A stretch of 64,000 bases of DNA from Ophelia neglecta. Its lineage: Eukaryota. Below are positions 13,201 through 27,516 of the stretch, piece after piece. The number at the start of each line of letters is the position of its first letter. Position 1 is the stretch's first letter. The position numbers and the translations under genes were made by a program. The notes below the pieces were generated by a model. That model was given only the letters and a program-made list of their open reading frames with translations, had not been told where the DNA came from and did no database searches. The stretch lies in contig OZ260664.1 of the NCBI GenBank assembly GCA_965285935.1, positions 18,352,001-18,416,000 of the forward strand, in the 5' to 3' direction.

Positions 13201-15084
13201 TAGCAACGAGGTGTTCTCAGGCTCATTTGAATACAACATGTATTTTAAAACATCAACAGGAGACAGAAAGAATTGACCAAATTAAAGAAATTAAGAGGTA
13301 CACTGCCCAGCGATGGTTCAAAAATTACGAACGAACAGGTAAATATAAACATTTGCTCTAGAAAAAGGAATTACTCAGGTATATCCAACTCGCTCCGAAT
13401 GGACGTAAACAAGCCTTCAATGTTCCTGCGGAGGCGTCGATCCATTTCTATATCAGCCGATTAGCTTGGCTGAAAATGATTCGAAAAATTTTCTTTCAAA
13501 ACAAATATGGTATGTCATAAACCTACATAAGGGAAAGGCAGATTGAATAGCTTTATGCTAGGCAAAAAACATTTATTGTCATTGCGAAATTAAGTAGGTT
13601 TGTTAGCCTTTCCAACATCCTGATGGCAGATATCAACCTCTGCGTTTAGTTTGTGGAATATGGTGTTTGCCTACAATCTTAATGGGCTTGTTTGTCTACA
13701 GATATGCAAACCAAAATATCCTGTTTGAAGACAATGGACTGATGGCTCCCCCCATAGTTATGCAACTATTTGTGTTTCATAAGTAGTACGAAACAGTGTT
13801 TTTGTTTGGGAGGAACTTTGGTAGCCCTTAATTGACTTACGGTCTCAGGATAAAAGTTCGCTTTCTGATATGTTTATGAGAATCAAACACTGAAGTGTAC
13901 AAAAATTATTGCTGACCATATATGACACGTAAGCGCTCATTATAAACTTTTTTTTTCTTTTTTTTTATTGCACAACAATACAGAACATTACACATTATAC
14001 ATTATATAGACAGGTACATAAGACGCCACACAACCACCACTGTAGACGTATATTCCATTACATCTAGGCCTATATAATACTTGGATATAGTCTGCTATAA
14101 AATAATTATAATTTACATGCTTATAGCCCAGCGTTTATCATACTCTAAATAATTGCTTAGGTACCGTAAGAAATCGGTCTGCACTGGCACCTTTATCTGC
14201 ATTCTACATATGTACATATAATGTTTCATAACAAGCACAACAATGTAACATATATCGGATTGATCTTCATTTCCAACTAGAAAATAAGCCTTTGACACAT
14301 CACAAGGTATTTCCGGAAATATTTGTGAGAGTTCTAAAATACTTTCAATAATAAATTCTTGAGTTATATCATTCTAAACTTTGTATTTACGAGAAACCAA
14401 TGTGCATTGACTAACATGCTGAATTATAGTAGCGAATTCGTTTACACGCTGCAAATGTGTGTTTAAAGGTTGGGTGTGCGAACTGTCTTTTTGGGCTTTA
14501 GTGGTGCACGCAAAAACTATACAACATCACTGCCTTTCAATAGTTGTATATGATATCTGCTACACCCTAGGAATATACATATATCATTTCCTCGGCCGAA
14601 AAGTGTGAATGAGAAGTTAGATTAAAATGGATTTGATTCTTTAAGGAAACGCAGTATCTAGAAAATGTAGTTGATGTGTCAAATAATTTGGTGATCAGTT
14701 ATGCTATACCTTCTTTTTTTGCAGTTTTCGCTAGATGCTATAACACTCAAGACAAAGGTTTATCGCTGGCGTGGTTGGTGGAAAAATATAAAGCACAACA
14801 AAGTACGTTTAAGAATGCTGGGCAACACAAACAATCACGGGTGCCGAATTCTGAAGGAATAGAATATAAAAATTAGCACATGATATTTGTAAAGGATATT
14901 TCTAGCAAATGTTCTTTTTTGCATTATAATTTTTCACTGTCAATAAAAACAAATCAATGCATTTTTTATGCATTTTTTCCTTTTTTTGCAGGCTCTGGCA
15001 GTGGATGTCGTATCGCGTGTGATGTTTCCAGGGACATTTTTCATAATAAATCTAATTTATTGGCCTTATTATCTTGGAACTTAA
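7224..15084 (+). CDS. Cys-loop ligand-gated chloride channel subunit, paralog 2 (GlyR/GluCl-like, intact, about 392 aa)
   Basis: Phase-consistent GT-AG exons: 7224-7279 (signal peptide MQLLCFVITVLLRITCSR), 9270-9358 (YDPRTRP), 9488-9555, 9825-10051 (MYLRQRW, WTPDLFVRNLK, LYSQR), 10858-10940 (CDMDLRKYPMDEQIC), 11049-11186 (YGYT..CNVKFSTTG), 12405-12606 (FPCL, M1, PAR, M2), 12886-12996 (M3), 13260-13338, 14725-14757 (33-nt exon, least certain), 14992-15084 (M4, TAA). Total 1179 nt with no internal stop. PAR motif indicates anion selectivity; loop-C Cys pair as in GlyR/GluCl. Confidence 0.93.
13948..14340 (-). mobile_element. Degenerate 3' end of an L1/Tx1-like LINE
   Basis: Poly-A tract on - strand (T-run from 13948); ORF 14113-14298 KHYMYICRMQ..P..F..YL..YDK..A resembles the C-terminus of L1/Tx1 ORF2 proteins (recognised by eye, no database search). 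Confidence 0.45.
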
Positions 15085-18000
15085 GTTGTATTTAAAGTCC
15101 AGATGTTACGGAAATTATTCACATTTGTTTTACATAGAAAACGGGGGGGGGGGGGGGGATTCCACCTTCTCAATGAGGAATTAATTCAAATGAATATCGT
15201 CACTGAATGCATTATCAGAAAATACATGTTTGATGATCTAATACTTTTCATTTAAGGGAAAAATTGCAATACCGGGATACATTTTGAAAACAGAACATGT
15301 ATTTGTAAACAATTCCGATGTTATCATATATTAATATGCTTATAAAATACCATTAGAAAACATTGCATCGTTTTTTTCTACATCTAAGTTACAAAACAAT
15401 CGAGGAGTAAAGTAAAGTAAACCCAACACTACTTATAACTTTGTGTCACAATTCTAAAGACGAAACAAAGTACTTCATCTGTGAAACTCCAGTGAATAAC
15501 AATTAAAAATTAAATTCGTCTGATGAGAAGCAAATCGAATTCACTGGTCATAAAAAGGAATCGAGTTTATATATGTGTGCTTTGGCTGGAATCCTATTCC
15601 CTATTTCAAATAACAAATTATCAGAGGTACGAGGTAAGGCCGCTAGAGAGGATAACGTCGCTTATGGCTAACCTTTGGTTTTATCTATGTCAATTTTCCT
15701 AAACAAACATATTATGCTGGCCCATTAGTTTCGTTCAAGTTATTGAATTTTGGTTTTATATAATTGTCTTATAAAAATCATGAAGATAATTGTACCTGAT
15801 AATATTATTTTAAAATCAATTACTGATACATGAATCATTCAAGTATTTAGCTCAGAGTAACATTGCCAGATACGCCGAAGCTAGTAAAATAACGTCTGCT
15901 GTAGCGTAACACATTTTGCCCGTTTGGATGCAAAAATAGCAAACTAGTGATATTTTCACGTGAGAGTGGCGATTCAACCCTTTATCTGACGTGGTAATCT
16001 TAAACAGCAATTATTTTATAGCACTTGTTGAAAACTTTTAACGAGGGCGGTCGATTCATTCAACATAATAAATAAGTTTACAGTGCGATCAAACATGAAT
16101 ATATCTGTCTGCCGGAGTCCAAGACGAGTTTCAATTCGTATTTTACGTAAGCATCGATAGGAGGAAAATTCTTTAAGTGTGTTCATTGATGAAAACAATT
16201 ACTGTCTAGAAATAAAGACACATCTATCATTGAACGTGTTAGTCCTTTAATCACAGTTGATTGGCGGTCTCTTCATGCACTGATATGAAATGTCCCAGTA
16301 TTGGCTGGGGATGCGTAATGCTTTTTCAAGGACTCATCGAACAGTGTGAGGTAGGTTTATGATAACATAATTGTGGATTTTAAGAACCCTACTTGCACGG
16401 CGATATGATTTTTCGAATCTGTTCTATCACAGTCCTGATAAACGCCATTGAGTCATTCTTCTTACTGCAATTGCATTCTCGCATAGCATCGGGCTGTGAC
16501 GTGTTTTTGTATAAGTTCGTAGCATTTCCCGTAACTTCAAAACTGCTAGAAACGTCCTCGGGACATAAGTTCACAAATTAATCGGTCTATTTTGAACCTT
16601 GGTCATTTGGGGCTCACATCTATTTAGGCCCTCAACATTTCTTCCAAAATCTTTATTGTACCCCTAATAGCCCATACTGAAGCTTTCTTGGTACAACAAT
16701 AATAACATAAATGGCCACGCTGCAATGAAAATAACCACCTTTATGTTTGTATTGTAGTTCTCTGAAAGAGCTTGCACACTATTTACAGAAGTATTATGGT
16801 TCTTTAAATCTCTTTTGGAACAAAAAATGTTTGGTTGTCCGAAATCTCAATCTGCAGTCCATTGTGTGGTTAGAATATCACCTCATTCTGTCTGAAGGTT
16901 ATTTCATCTCCATCATTTCCCCTCCTAATATTTCTTCAACAGATTTTGTTTGTCCACGGCACAATTGTGGATTCAAATGCAATTCATTCTATAGTATAGC
17001 ATTTCAGGCTTTCATGCCATATTCAGGCGTTTGAGCCCAGCATATTTTCTACTCAGGAGTATTCGTTTAGATTTAAACTTCTCCACTTAAGTTTGTATTT
17101 TAAGACCGACTCAATTAGAAAGGACATCTACTTATAAATGCACATTGCATGGCGAACGCTGCACAAGTCAGTCTCTCAACGCTACCAGGTGCAATTTATT
17201 AGGAAAAGGCTTTTTTTATTTTATGGTTAAACTTTGTTTTTGTAGTTGTCGTCTGCAAGTACACAACTTTTATGAACGGTACGTTATGCAATCGCCTGAA
17301 ATACAGTAATTATTCCATTATTTATTATCAGGAATGATCAATTATTACATGAGTTTGAGGCCTTACAAACTTTGTTTATTCATATTTACAACGCCGACTT
17401 GTTATTTTTGTGGCTTGACGCAAAACGTGGAAACATTTTCACTGATTAGCATTGTATGTGACATTGTATTTTTATCAATGATATTTAGCCTCACACTTTG
17501 GTGCAACTATGAACATGATATCCGTAAACTGACATCATGGTTCTCGGCAAACCACAACCGCACTACTTGGTCAATTCATTTTGAAAGTAAATTACTTACC
17601 TCATTTCTTTCACTTACATTATATTATTTTCAGCATCTAATGCTGAAAAAACTGAATATGAGTCATTAGAATGACTGGTGGTGAGCCAGTAAAAACAGGA
17701 CAACCTTAAACCTTAAATACACGATATTTAAGCAGTCTGAGGGCAAAGATCAGCCGTACATCTCATTAACGGTATATATGAGAAGATGGGTATTCTATAT
17801 TTGCCAGCTATTAAGCATATTTGATAACACTCGTAAGGTATCATTGTCGAAGAGTAGCATTTCCTAGTTGAACAACATATTGGAAAGCATCGGGCTCAGA
17901 GACAGAGTTCCACAAGTAAGTTGGGATAATAGATTAATACACGCATTCGATCCCTACACATAGTACACTATAGCAGTCTGAGTATTAACTTGATATTGGT

Positions 18001-19085
18001 TGATCCAAACTCATTGATTTACCACAGTAGCCTATATAGTATCGGAGATTGGTTTGATTTCCATCGTGACTAACCCATGTTCCTAATAAAGAATATATTG
18101 AGTTTTATTGTTATTGGTAAATATGACAGATCCATCAGATCAACATCAGGTAGCGCTCAACATATAATCTAATATCATCAGTCAGTTTATCCCCGTTCGG
18201 ACGTTTTTATTGCTGTCCATTTTAGGAAAACGTGAGTTGTTATGCATAAAATAGATGTTTATCCATCGAAGGTGACCTTTGCAAATATTTTTCATATACA
18301 ACTTATAGTTGTTTTGCTATTATTAGACCGAGGTTCACTTCTAAAATGTGCGACGCATTACTGTTAAAGCTCTTGGCATATTTAGGCATCAGTATACTGG
18401 TGTATTTGATTTAAACACAGCAGGTGATGCCATAAAGTGAAAAACTATTAAGAAAACTGTTTAAAAGTAGCATATCCAGGATCCTTTGCTATCCAAAACA
18501 ACCAATTTTCATATGGTGCTTACATAAACCGAGAGTTGTGCCAGAGAAAGCCATCAAGGATCTGTTAAAATATGCCCATATATTTTTATATCTTGTATTG
18601 GCACCGCTCGCAACTGGTTTTACTGAATTCCATCATTTTAATGTCGGCATGAATAATATCACAAGCGCCTGCTGTGAGTGTTTGATTTAGCTAATCGATG
18701 CGCTGTCAATCATATTCTAAAGATGTTTAAAGCGATTATAATAAAACAAATAACTAGTAGCTCTACTGATGAAATGATTCTACTCAAAACACATTGTTCT
18801 GTTGGTATCTTTTTCTGACGCTGCACTGTCTGACGCTCAGATTTAGCATTGAGATAACCCTACAGTAGCCAAGGGGATTTCAAAATCCAGAGCATATACG
18901 TTCATCAACGTCTGTAACGCACAGCAGTGTTTAATACAGTCATCTCATTAATTCACTCCAATGAGGCTCTTCGACTGTAGTTTTAATTGGATACCCTTTG
19001 TATTTTCCAGTTCTTGCTGAGAGACATCTTTCTCTGATATCTAACAGACCACACAAAAACAATTTTAGTGTTGCATCACGTATCA

Positions 19086-22000
19086 ATGATGCATAACGTG
19101 TGTTTTCTTATTACTGTATGCCTTGTAATGCCATATTCAAGTCGGTAAGTATAATCACAGTTTCGTATATGCATGTGTGTTTATTAGGGGAAATTAACCC
19201 GGACAGTTATGATATTTATGATAATGATATTTCACTATTAAAAAGTTCATATATTTCCATAGACTTGCCATCATAATTTGTCGTTAACCTGTGAAGTTTC
19301 ATTTCAGCCAGGAGTCCCCTGGCCTGGCTGAGACAGTAGAAAGCATCATTGCTGATAAAATGAACGACCCTCGGACACGACCGGGAACAAATACCGGTTG
19401 GCCCCTTTAATTTCACAAATACTAATATGATACCAATAAGCGAGGTGAAATACAAATTGCGCTGCAAATTATCAACTACACGTGGCGCGTTTGGATCAAA
19501 TGTATGAAGGCAAAAATGATGGAATGGCCAATTGGAAAAATAAAAATAAAATCAATTTTATATTATTGGCTTTAAATAAACAGGAAGGGTGACCGTTTTT
19601 ATAAGATTCTGCAGAACAACATATGTCTGAGTGAAATCACTGAGCGTGGAAATACCGAACATCAGGTGTTGAGGGAATGTGCTGACGGTTAATTAAGTTG
19701 TTGACTTAATTCTATTGTTTCATTATTTTTAATGCTAATTTCAAAAACCTTTATTCCAGGGAGTCCGCTGGAGTTATTGATCAACATTAATGTCAATTCG
19801 ATCAGCAAAATCAGCGAGTCAAATATGGTAAGGATAGCACATTTCCGGTACAATCAAAAGTTAATAATAGTTAGAGTTGAAACCCCTACGCCTCGAGACG
19901 GGCGGTGCAATTGACTGAAAATTACAGGAAAAACAGAGAAAAAGTATGCAAGCATCGCGTTTTTTTAAATTCGACATGAAACTACTTAAAATTTCAATGC
20001 TCAGTTAAAGAACTAAGAAGTCCTGGGCAAGGTAGGTGCATTGAAAAAAGAAAGTTGGTACGGTGTGCGGAATCCTTTTTTCCTATTGGATTCCGCCCCT
20101 CCTCCCAAAGAAAATGAATTGTTTCGTTCTTGTGTCGCTGTTACTCAACCCATCATTAGTACTTTATTTCGAGTTCCAACCCGTTCAGAATAAATTAAAA
20201 TATATAGTATATAACGATGTTTTAATCTTTTTTTTTCATGTCTTCATCTCACCAGGAGTTTTCAGTAACAATGTATTTAAGACAGAGGTGGATAGACCAG
20301 CGTTTGGCATACGCTTATAAAGGTTTCAACCGTAGTATATCCCTGGGATATAGGCAGTTTGAAAGACTCTGGACTCCTGATGTCTTTATTCGCAATCTCA
20401 AAGCTGGCGTGCTTCATGACATTACGGTGCCTAACAGACTTCTACGTCTTGAGCCGGACGGCACCATACTTTATAGCCAGAGGTAAGAGTTTTAAAATCA
20501 AAACCATAAGGTTCATTTAAGAATAATAAACCAATGCTTCTACATAACGATGGGTGTCTTGTCTTGTAACCTGCCCTAGCCTATATTATGATGTTCACCC
20601 CGTGCACACCACGTTAACAGCATCACAGCGCAGCGCACACACTGGTAAATAATCTTGACCATAAAGAAGTAAACCCAACCACCTATCATATGAACATTTT
20701 GACTTTAGTAACAAACAGTACTTATTTCTAAGTAATAGTCCCATAATGCCCCATTTATCTAACTTTTGCTTTTTTTTCGAAAGGTTGACGGTTACTCTTT
20801 CCTGCGAAATGGACCTGCGCAAGTATCCAATGGACCAGCAAGTCTGTAGCATTGAGTTTGGAAGTTGTAAGTAAATGACGAAAACATGATAAGCCATATG
20901 TTCCTCCTGTTTACTTCGTCGAAATGCTGATGATTTTTTGTTTTTTTTTTGCTGTTTTCTTGTTCATATTGATCTTATTATTATGTTTTCATTTCCTTCT
21001 TACACTTTTTCTTTCAGACGGGTATACAACGGAGGATATTGAGGTAAAATGGATCACAGACAATCCGGTTGAGATCAATTCAAATATAAACCTGCCCGGA
21101 TTCGAGTTGGTCCGCACGGAGCACATTAACTGTGACATTCAGTTTTCGACCACAGGTGATCAAACTTATTCTAGCCGGAATGTATACCCTGCAATGTGCC
21201 CTGATGTTTTATGCCTAATGTTTTATGCTCTGAAACAGTAGTTCGGTTCCATTTTCAAAGCGTTTCATAAACTGGTTAGTCAAGGACTCAATTTTCAATT
21301 CTTGATATTCTCTCGCATTACCTTTCACTTCCAACCTTTCTGGATGTATAATATTCCCCACTCGCACAATAATTTAATATTGTTATATTTGCTGTTTTTC
21401 TTCAGGATCATTTCCTTGTCTGAGGGTGCGATTTCTGCTGGAAAGGCGACTGAAAGTCTATCTGCTGTCGATGTTTCTGCCCAGCCTGCTGGTGGTGGTG
21501 CTTTCATGGGTGTCGTTCTGGATCGACCTCCACGCTGTACCCGCAAGAATCTCTCTATCTGTCATCACTGTGCTAACCATTACTACACAGACCGCTACCA
21601 GTAACAGGTGAGGAAGAACATTTTATTATAATAGTCATTGGTTCATATTGATATGCTGCAGCAATTAGGATACGAAACTTTATTAACAATAGAGAAGTAG
21701 TCCAGCAAATAGGCCATTGTATCTTCGCTGTCGTTGTTTAATAATAATTATTTTTTTTCCAGAATATATTCCGTTCTGCATTCTCTGACTATATTTTGAA
21801 CAGCTTGTATATGAGCAATTCAAGATAAGGGAATGTATAAAACCACCTATAACTTTTATAAGTTTTGACCGAAACACGCCTTATTCTATATACAAATAAA
21901 AGTTTGTAACTTTCAAAAAACAAAACGCCTTAAATAACCTGGCCAAGCATTAAAACAAGAGTAAACTCGAATGGATAGTCGGCAGACAGTGAAAAATCGT

Positions 22001-23404
22001 TAACAAGGAATGATCTGTTACAATGGTCCAAATTAATAATGAACGCTCAACTGCAGACACAAAAACTTTAATAATCAGGACCCGCCGTCTGGAAGAGGTC
22101 TTAGGTGTAGGGATTAGATTAGCCTACAACCGATTAGCTGAGAGCGCGTTAATATGTGTTTCCAATAACCAGGATCGATTATAAGAGTAAAAATTGCCAA
22201 GTTTAAACCAAATCCAGCATTCAGAAACCCCCATTATAAAGTTTAGACGAATTAAGCATTTTATTCCTGATTTTAATCAGAGTTAAGATTTGAGACCGCT
22301 TACAGAATATAAAGTTGTGTTTGAGTTATGATAAATTTATCATGATGAAGGAAAGGAAATAAATAAAAAATACTTACTACAGAGAATTTTTCAACGATTT
22401 CATTCAGCATACCTGGGGGCGTGCTAATTGAAATCGATCTCCCTGCGAAATAAGGTCGCCTATGAGCGTAAACAAGAAATACCAGTGCTGTGTTACCACA
22501 AATTGCTGTGCAATTAAGTTTATTCGATATTTTAGTGCTGTAATTATGGCGCTGAAAAATTCTTGTACTAGGTGTGTGATATGATAAACATAGTATTTGC
22601 AAACTACACAGAGAGCGACGTGTGACCTGGGTTAGGTTAGGGTTATTTATGGTGCTCTCGCTGCGCAGCGACAAAACAAATATAATCATCGTGAATAAGT
22701 ACATGCCCATATATGATTTTGAAGCAGGGGGTAGTGGGCAACAGTAGTACGAAAACTCTAGAATAAACTTACAGCTAAATATTTTTAAAAGTGCCGTGAC
22801 AAAGATCGTGTTGTATCGTATCTTAATGTCCTTCCTTCCATCAAACGGCTGTTTCATGTGTTGATATGTATAAAAAATACTTGAACATGAAATCGCTTCT
22901 TGTTAAAATAGAGAATCTTGTTGAATGTAAAATAACATAATACATACTTTCTGTTTTACAGAATAATTTGGGATCGGGTAAAGCTGAGTCAAATGATGGC
23001 GTTCAGAGTTGGACTTCATGGTGGAAAGCTCTTAATCGTAAGAAGGTAGGATCAAAAATGTGGGATATATCTAAAGTATAGCTTCATGTGTTTCAAATTC
23101 TAGCATTACCCATACAAACAATTACACAACATGTAAACTTCTTTGCAGAACCGGTGTCATGCAACGCAGGATAAAAACAAATTATTTCTTTATTGCGTAT
23201 TATCGTCATGTAAGAGTTTAAACTTTTAGATAGTATACTGGTAGTAAGGATATGTATTATATTTATTTTTCGTCTCTTTTTCAGGCTTTAAGAGTCGATG
23301 TTATATCGCGAGTGTTGTTTCCTTCTACATTTGTCTTATTTAATATGATATATTGGCCACTTTATCTTCATGTTGAATTTACGGATTTAAACTTAATAAA
23401 GTGA
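19086..23404 (+). CDS. Cys-loop ligand-gated chloride channel subunit, paralog 3 (M3 exons missing; truncated gene or pseudogene)
   Basis: Exons 19086-19144 (MMHNVCFLITVCLVMPYSSR), 19308-19396, 19760-19827, 20256-20482, 20784-20866, 21018-21155, 21406-21607, 22962-23045, 23285-23404 (ALRVDVISRVLFP..TGA). Sizes 89/68/227/83/138/202 identical to paralog 2. No homolog of the 111-nt M3 exon or the 79-nt exon between 21608 and 22961. Confidence 0.85.
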
Positions 23405-23644
23405 ATTTATCGTTGCGAAATACGCAGAGGGAAAGCTATTGTCCTGTAGATACTGATGCAAAGGAATATGATAATTTTGTATTGGAATTGGCAAAAAATA
23501 TCCTATTGGCTATATTTTCATGTTTGTATAAGGATAAAACTTTCAGCTGGGATAAAGTTTGAAATCGACATTTTCAAGTAACAACGTTCACAATTAATCG
23601 GTTGAAGTACATTGAATTCCTGTTATATTTGATCCTTCAAAACA

Positions 23645-23835
23645 AACAACGCACAAGTGTTATACTAAAAGCTTTAAGTTTTTAACTTAAAATATATCGA
23701 AAGTTCATAATAAAATATATAGTATAGTCTAGTATAAAAATATCATGTTATTTTAAAACCAACAACGCACAATTGTTGTACTCAAAGCTTTAATTTCGTA
23801 AAATAAATAGATAGTTCATAATATAAAACAATATG
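23645..23835 (+). repeat. Two imperfect copies of a 75-bp unit (about 116-bp period) downstream of channel paralog 3
   Basis: aacaacgcacaa.tgtt.tact.aaagctttaa...agttcataat at 23645 and 23761. Confidence 0.7.
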
Positions 23836-24245
23836 GCCCAAGTTCAAACAGAAATATTCAAGCTAACAAAATATAAATGGCCCACCTGACAAGGTAGTTG
23901 TGCTTCGATCTCTTATACATTTTTCCAATTGACATTGGAAACGTGGATTGGCAATTTCCATGGGTGATAATTATAAAATCAGTAATTAGTCAAAATCGCT
24001 GGAAGCTGCATTTGCAGAACGTCGACCTCGAGTTAATGCCTATGCACAAAGGATGAAGCTGACTTTTGTCCTTAACCTTTGTATTAATGCATGCTTCTAC
24101 GTTCTGCCGTTCCTCATGTCTCGAAATGAGCAATCTGCCGTGAAAAGGCAGAGTTTCATATCATTGTTTTTTTTTTCTTATCTTTTATTCTTTTCACGTT
24201 TTATGTGTTTCCTTGTCTTAGCTGAAATCTAGTCATGTTTTAATG

Positions 24246-24322
24246 ATTGTAAAGCGCTTTTGAGCATATACTTTATGGAAAATGCGCTATATCTAAAAGC
24301 CAATAAATAATAATAATAATAA
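24246..24322 (+). mobile_element. CR1/L2-type LINE or SINE 3' tail
   Basis: gtaaagcgcttttgag...aatgcgctatat followed by (aat)n, the typical stem-loop plus microsatellite terminus of L2/CR1 elements. Confidence 0.55.
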
Positions 24323-24979
24323 GGCAAACCCCCGTAGAATATATGATTAACGAAATGGTAGATGACAATACAGATACAAAGGCAATGAGTAGTATGGAAT
24401 AATTCATATGCAAACTGAACTAAAGCACTTGAAATTTCAAATGTGGTATTGTATCAGAAAGTTGCACTTTGAAGACATCAACGAGTCATCGGATTTACGG
24501 TTTAGCCTGTTTTCTTGAAACTTAGCCATCGCCTGACATTTGGAGTTCCTGCGTTTTGACTTTGCACGGTAACACTGTTAAGATCCCCCGTTTAGCGTCG
24601 TGTCTTGCTTATCAGTAGTACTGATTGATTCTTAAACATCTAGGTTTTTTTGTCTCATGTAAAGGGCTGTAGAACAGCATGCAAAACATATTATGATTAC
24701 CATTATATTCTTCTAAAATATTCACCTGGTTGAGAGGAAGAACATCCATAGCAGAACAAAAACAAACATATTTTGATGTCATTTTATTGAATTGGTCTAT
24801 AAAATTCATGCAACAGACTACAAACAAGCCCTCAAATTAATAGCTGAATAGTACTAAAACTCTAAATGATGTTTTAACAATTCATCGAAAACCAATAAAA
24901 ATATCTCATATCCGTCTTTCTTCTACTTCTAACCTGTTAACTTTTCTTCATAGGTTATATCATTAACCGTCCGCCATAT

Positions 24980-27516
24980 CTAGGCCAACCCTGGAATATT
25001 AAAATGTGCTACAATCAATAAGTTACTTATAAACTGCCGTGTTAAAGTAGAGTCAGATGTTTCATGTATCTCGCTTCGCTTTTTTAGCCATAGTGAGCGG
25101 TACCAGTTTTCCCTCTTCATCATGTCTTAGCAAAGTAGCAGAATTGGAGGTAGGCCTATGGTGTCGGTGAGTCGGCAAGGATTGGGGGAGGTGGGGATTG
25201 GGTGTGGCCCGATACCGCCAGTTAAGTGAGATCCGCCTCACAGTTTTGGAAAGGGATAGATGTATAAAAAGGGGGGGGGGGGATTTTAATTCAAATCAGA
25301 TCAAATCAAAATATTTAATTGAGCAGATTAGTCTGCTGATATAAAAGCTACGACAATGCTCATTTACAATGTGAACCATGTAAACAGCCTAGAGTTATTC
25401 AAAGCTGTTATTGAAGCTTATTTTTAACCATTTTCTTTCATTGTGCCAACGTAAAACGCCTTTTTCCTGCCATTGTATGTCATGCTCTATATCAGGATGG
25501 CTTTTAAACCTCGGTTGTCATTCAAATTCGAGTCCTCACCTCGATACATCAGGTATAAAGCAAAATGATGTTGGACTCGTTGCGAACGTTGTTAAATAAT
25601 ACTAACCAGTCTGCTCCAATTTGGTGATTAGTGCCTTCAACTCTTCGTCCAATGCCTTCTTACCTCTTAAAGATAGATTATTATTATATTGTAAGTAAAA
25701 GGTTATAATGGTATCTTTGCAAAAGGGAACAGTGATTTTAATGAAAATACTGTTTCAAAGTGGGATATACAAAAAATGGTTCGGATGCTCTGTTTTAGCT
25801 ATGGGATTTTCATACGTTATTTGCCTATTGACTTATTGATATAATTGTTATATACCGGTCTACATAAAATATACTCTGGCGCATCTTTGTAGTTAATTAG
25901 TGGGGGTCCAACAGCGTGCAGAAAAACAATTACAATAGAAGGAAAATTGTTAACAATTGATAGACTCGTCGGATCATTCTAAGCGGTATGGTGGTAGAAC
26001 GAAATCACCATTGAATTGGGCGATTTATGTAGAATTTTTTAGTGAAACTCAAATGCAATGGATGGATGTTCTGGGACTTCTAATATGCAACTGCAAGAGA
26101 AACCCTTACGGCTCAGTAGAGATTGTTGTTTCTTGGTAGCCTAAATATCTGTCTGTCGTAGCATCTTCGGTTACGGTGTAAACATGGTAGGACGTTCCCG
26201 GTTCCAGACCTTCAATGGACACAGCATGGTCTTTTCCTTTAAGCCATCCCCAGTCGACCTTAAAATCCGCCAATTCGTCCCAAGTCTTTCTTTTAAACAC
26301 TGGAGTTGGCTGTAAGTATTTATTTGTATAATTGCTATTATTTTGTTGATATTAGTAATAATACATTACTCCTTATTTGCTTCTTGTAAGTACCAAAATA
26401 TTCAGTGAGCCACACATGTGATATCGTCAAAGTAGCATTCTATACGCTAAGAACCGAACGCTATTTGCACTAGGTTTATTATGAATACGTTTGAACCATA
26501 ATCAATGTTTATATTAACACGTTCGATGACTGTTGTTATCTGAAACAGTGTGTTCTGTGGGTTTAGGTAGAATTATAGATCGACTTATTTTCGATCTTAA
26601 TGAAGATTGCTACAGTTAATGCGAAACAATTTTGTTGCCATTCGGGCAAATTTATAGGCAAGCAAACGAAGAACAGTTGGGAGATTGCGAAGTGGGTTTA
26701 CCCAGAGTGGTGTTTGGGGCGAATATACCACGATAATTCTTATAAGGTGTGTAATAAGTTGTTGGGATAAATGAGAACATGGGAACCAGTTAGTTTAAAT
26801 TGCGTTAAAAAATACAAAGAGGACGAAACGCAGACGATCAAAACCGGCACCAAATGACCAAGCAAACACATTCTCAGAGATTACCAAAACCGAATGCACA
26901 ATATCAAAGCAAAATAAGTATAAAATAATAATCATGGTCAGTATAAAAATAATTCACATACATTGAAGAGCGACTGCGGAGCTTAATTCCATACTTTTAT
27001 CTGAACAATTCCCCTTATTGTAAGATCAGTAGCATACCGGCTTGTCAGCGACATATGTTTCTCCATAATACATAGACATTATGAAGCCTTTTCCCTGACC
27101 ATCGCCCCAGGCTTTATCATAGTCTAAGGCGACAGCAATTCTGTCGGAGTCTGAATCCGCCTTATAGATTTTACCATAAGTCGATCCTATAACAGAAAAC
27201 AATTTCCTTCCTCTGTTTCGGTTCATAAAACGTGTATGCGATATGATATGGTGGTGTAAAGTACTTATATTAGTAGTGAGAGAAAATACAATTCTATAAA
27301 TGTCTCATGACTTGAGACAATTCAAAGTTTACAAATGCTTTTATGCTGTTTCTCTTGGAATCGTTTAATGTTTAAACCTATGCCCTATTAAACATACTAA
27401 TAAATTAGATAATTACCATATTTTTCCAATTTGCTGATAAGCTTTTGCAGCAGATCTGTTGGCGATGCTAGGACATCGGTCCCTAAAAGGGATAGCAGGA
27501 AAACGAATTTCCACAT
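24980..27516 (-). CDS. Secreted protein with one divergent FN3-like domain and helical tail (family member A, 1 repeat, about 170 aa)
   Basis: Exons 27516-27417 (MWKFVFLLSLLGTDVLASPTDLLQKLISKLEKY), 27186-27038 (KIYKADSDSDRIAVALDYDKAWGDG..), 26309-26110 (KTWDEL..VDWG..SIEGLEPGTSYHVYT), 25665-25607 (GKKALDEELKALITKLEQT). Ends either by read-through (GGT TAG, about 25602) or a tiny last exon 24990-24980 (GLA*); the 3' end is uncertain. Intron phases 1,0,2,1 as in paralogs. Confidence 0.8.

Noticed and set aside
22300-22857. Longest ORF in the track (185 aa, - strand) inside paralog 3
   Set aside because: No recognisable motif and intron-like composition; not an inverted copy of the missing M3 exon.
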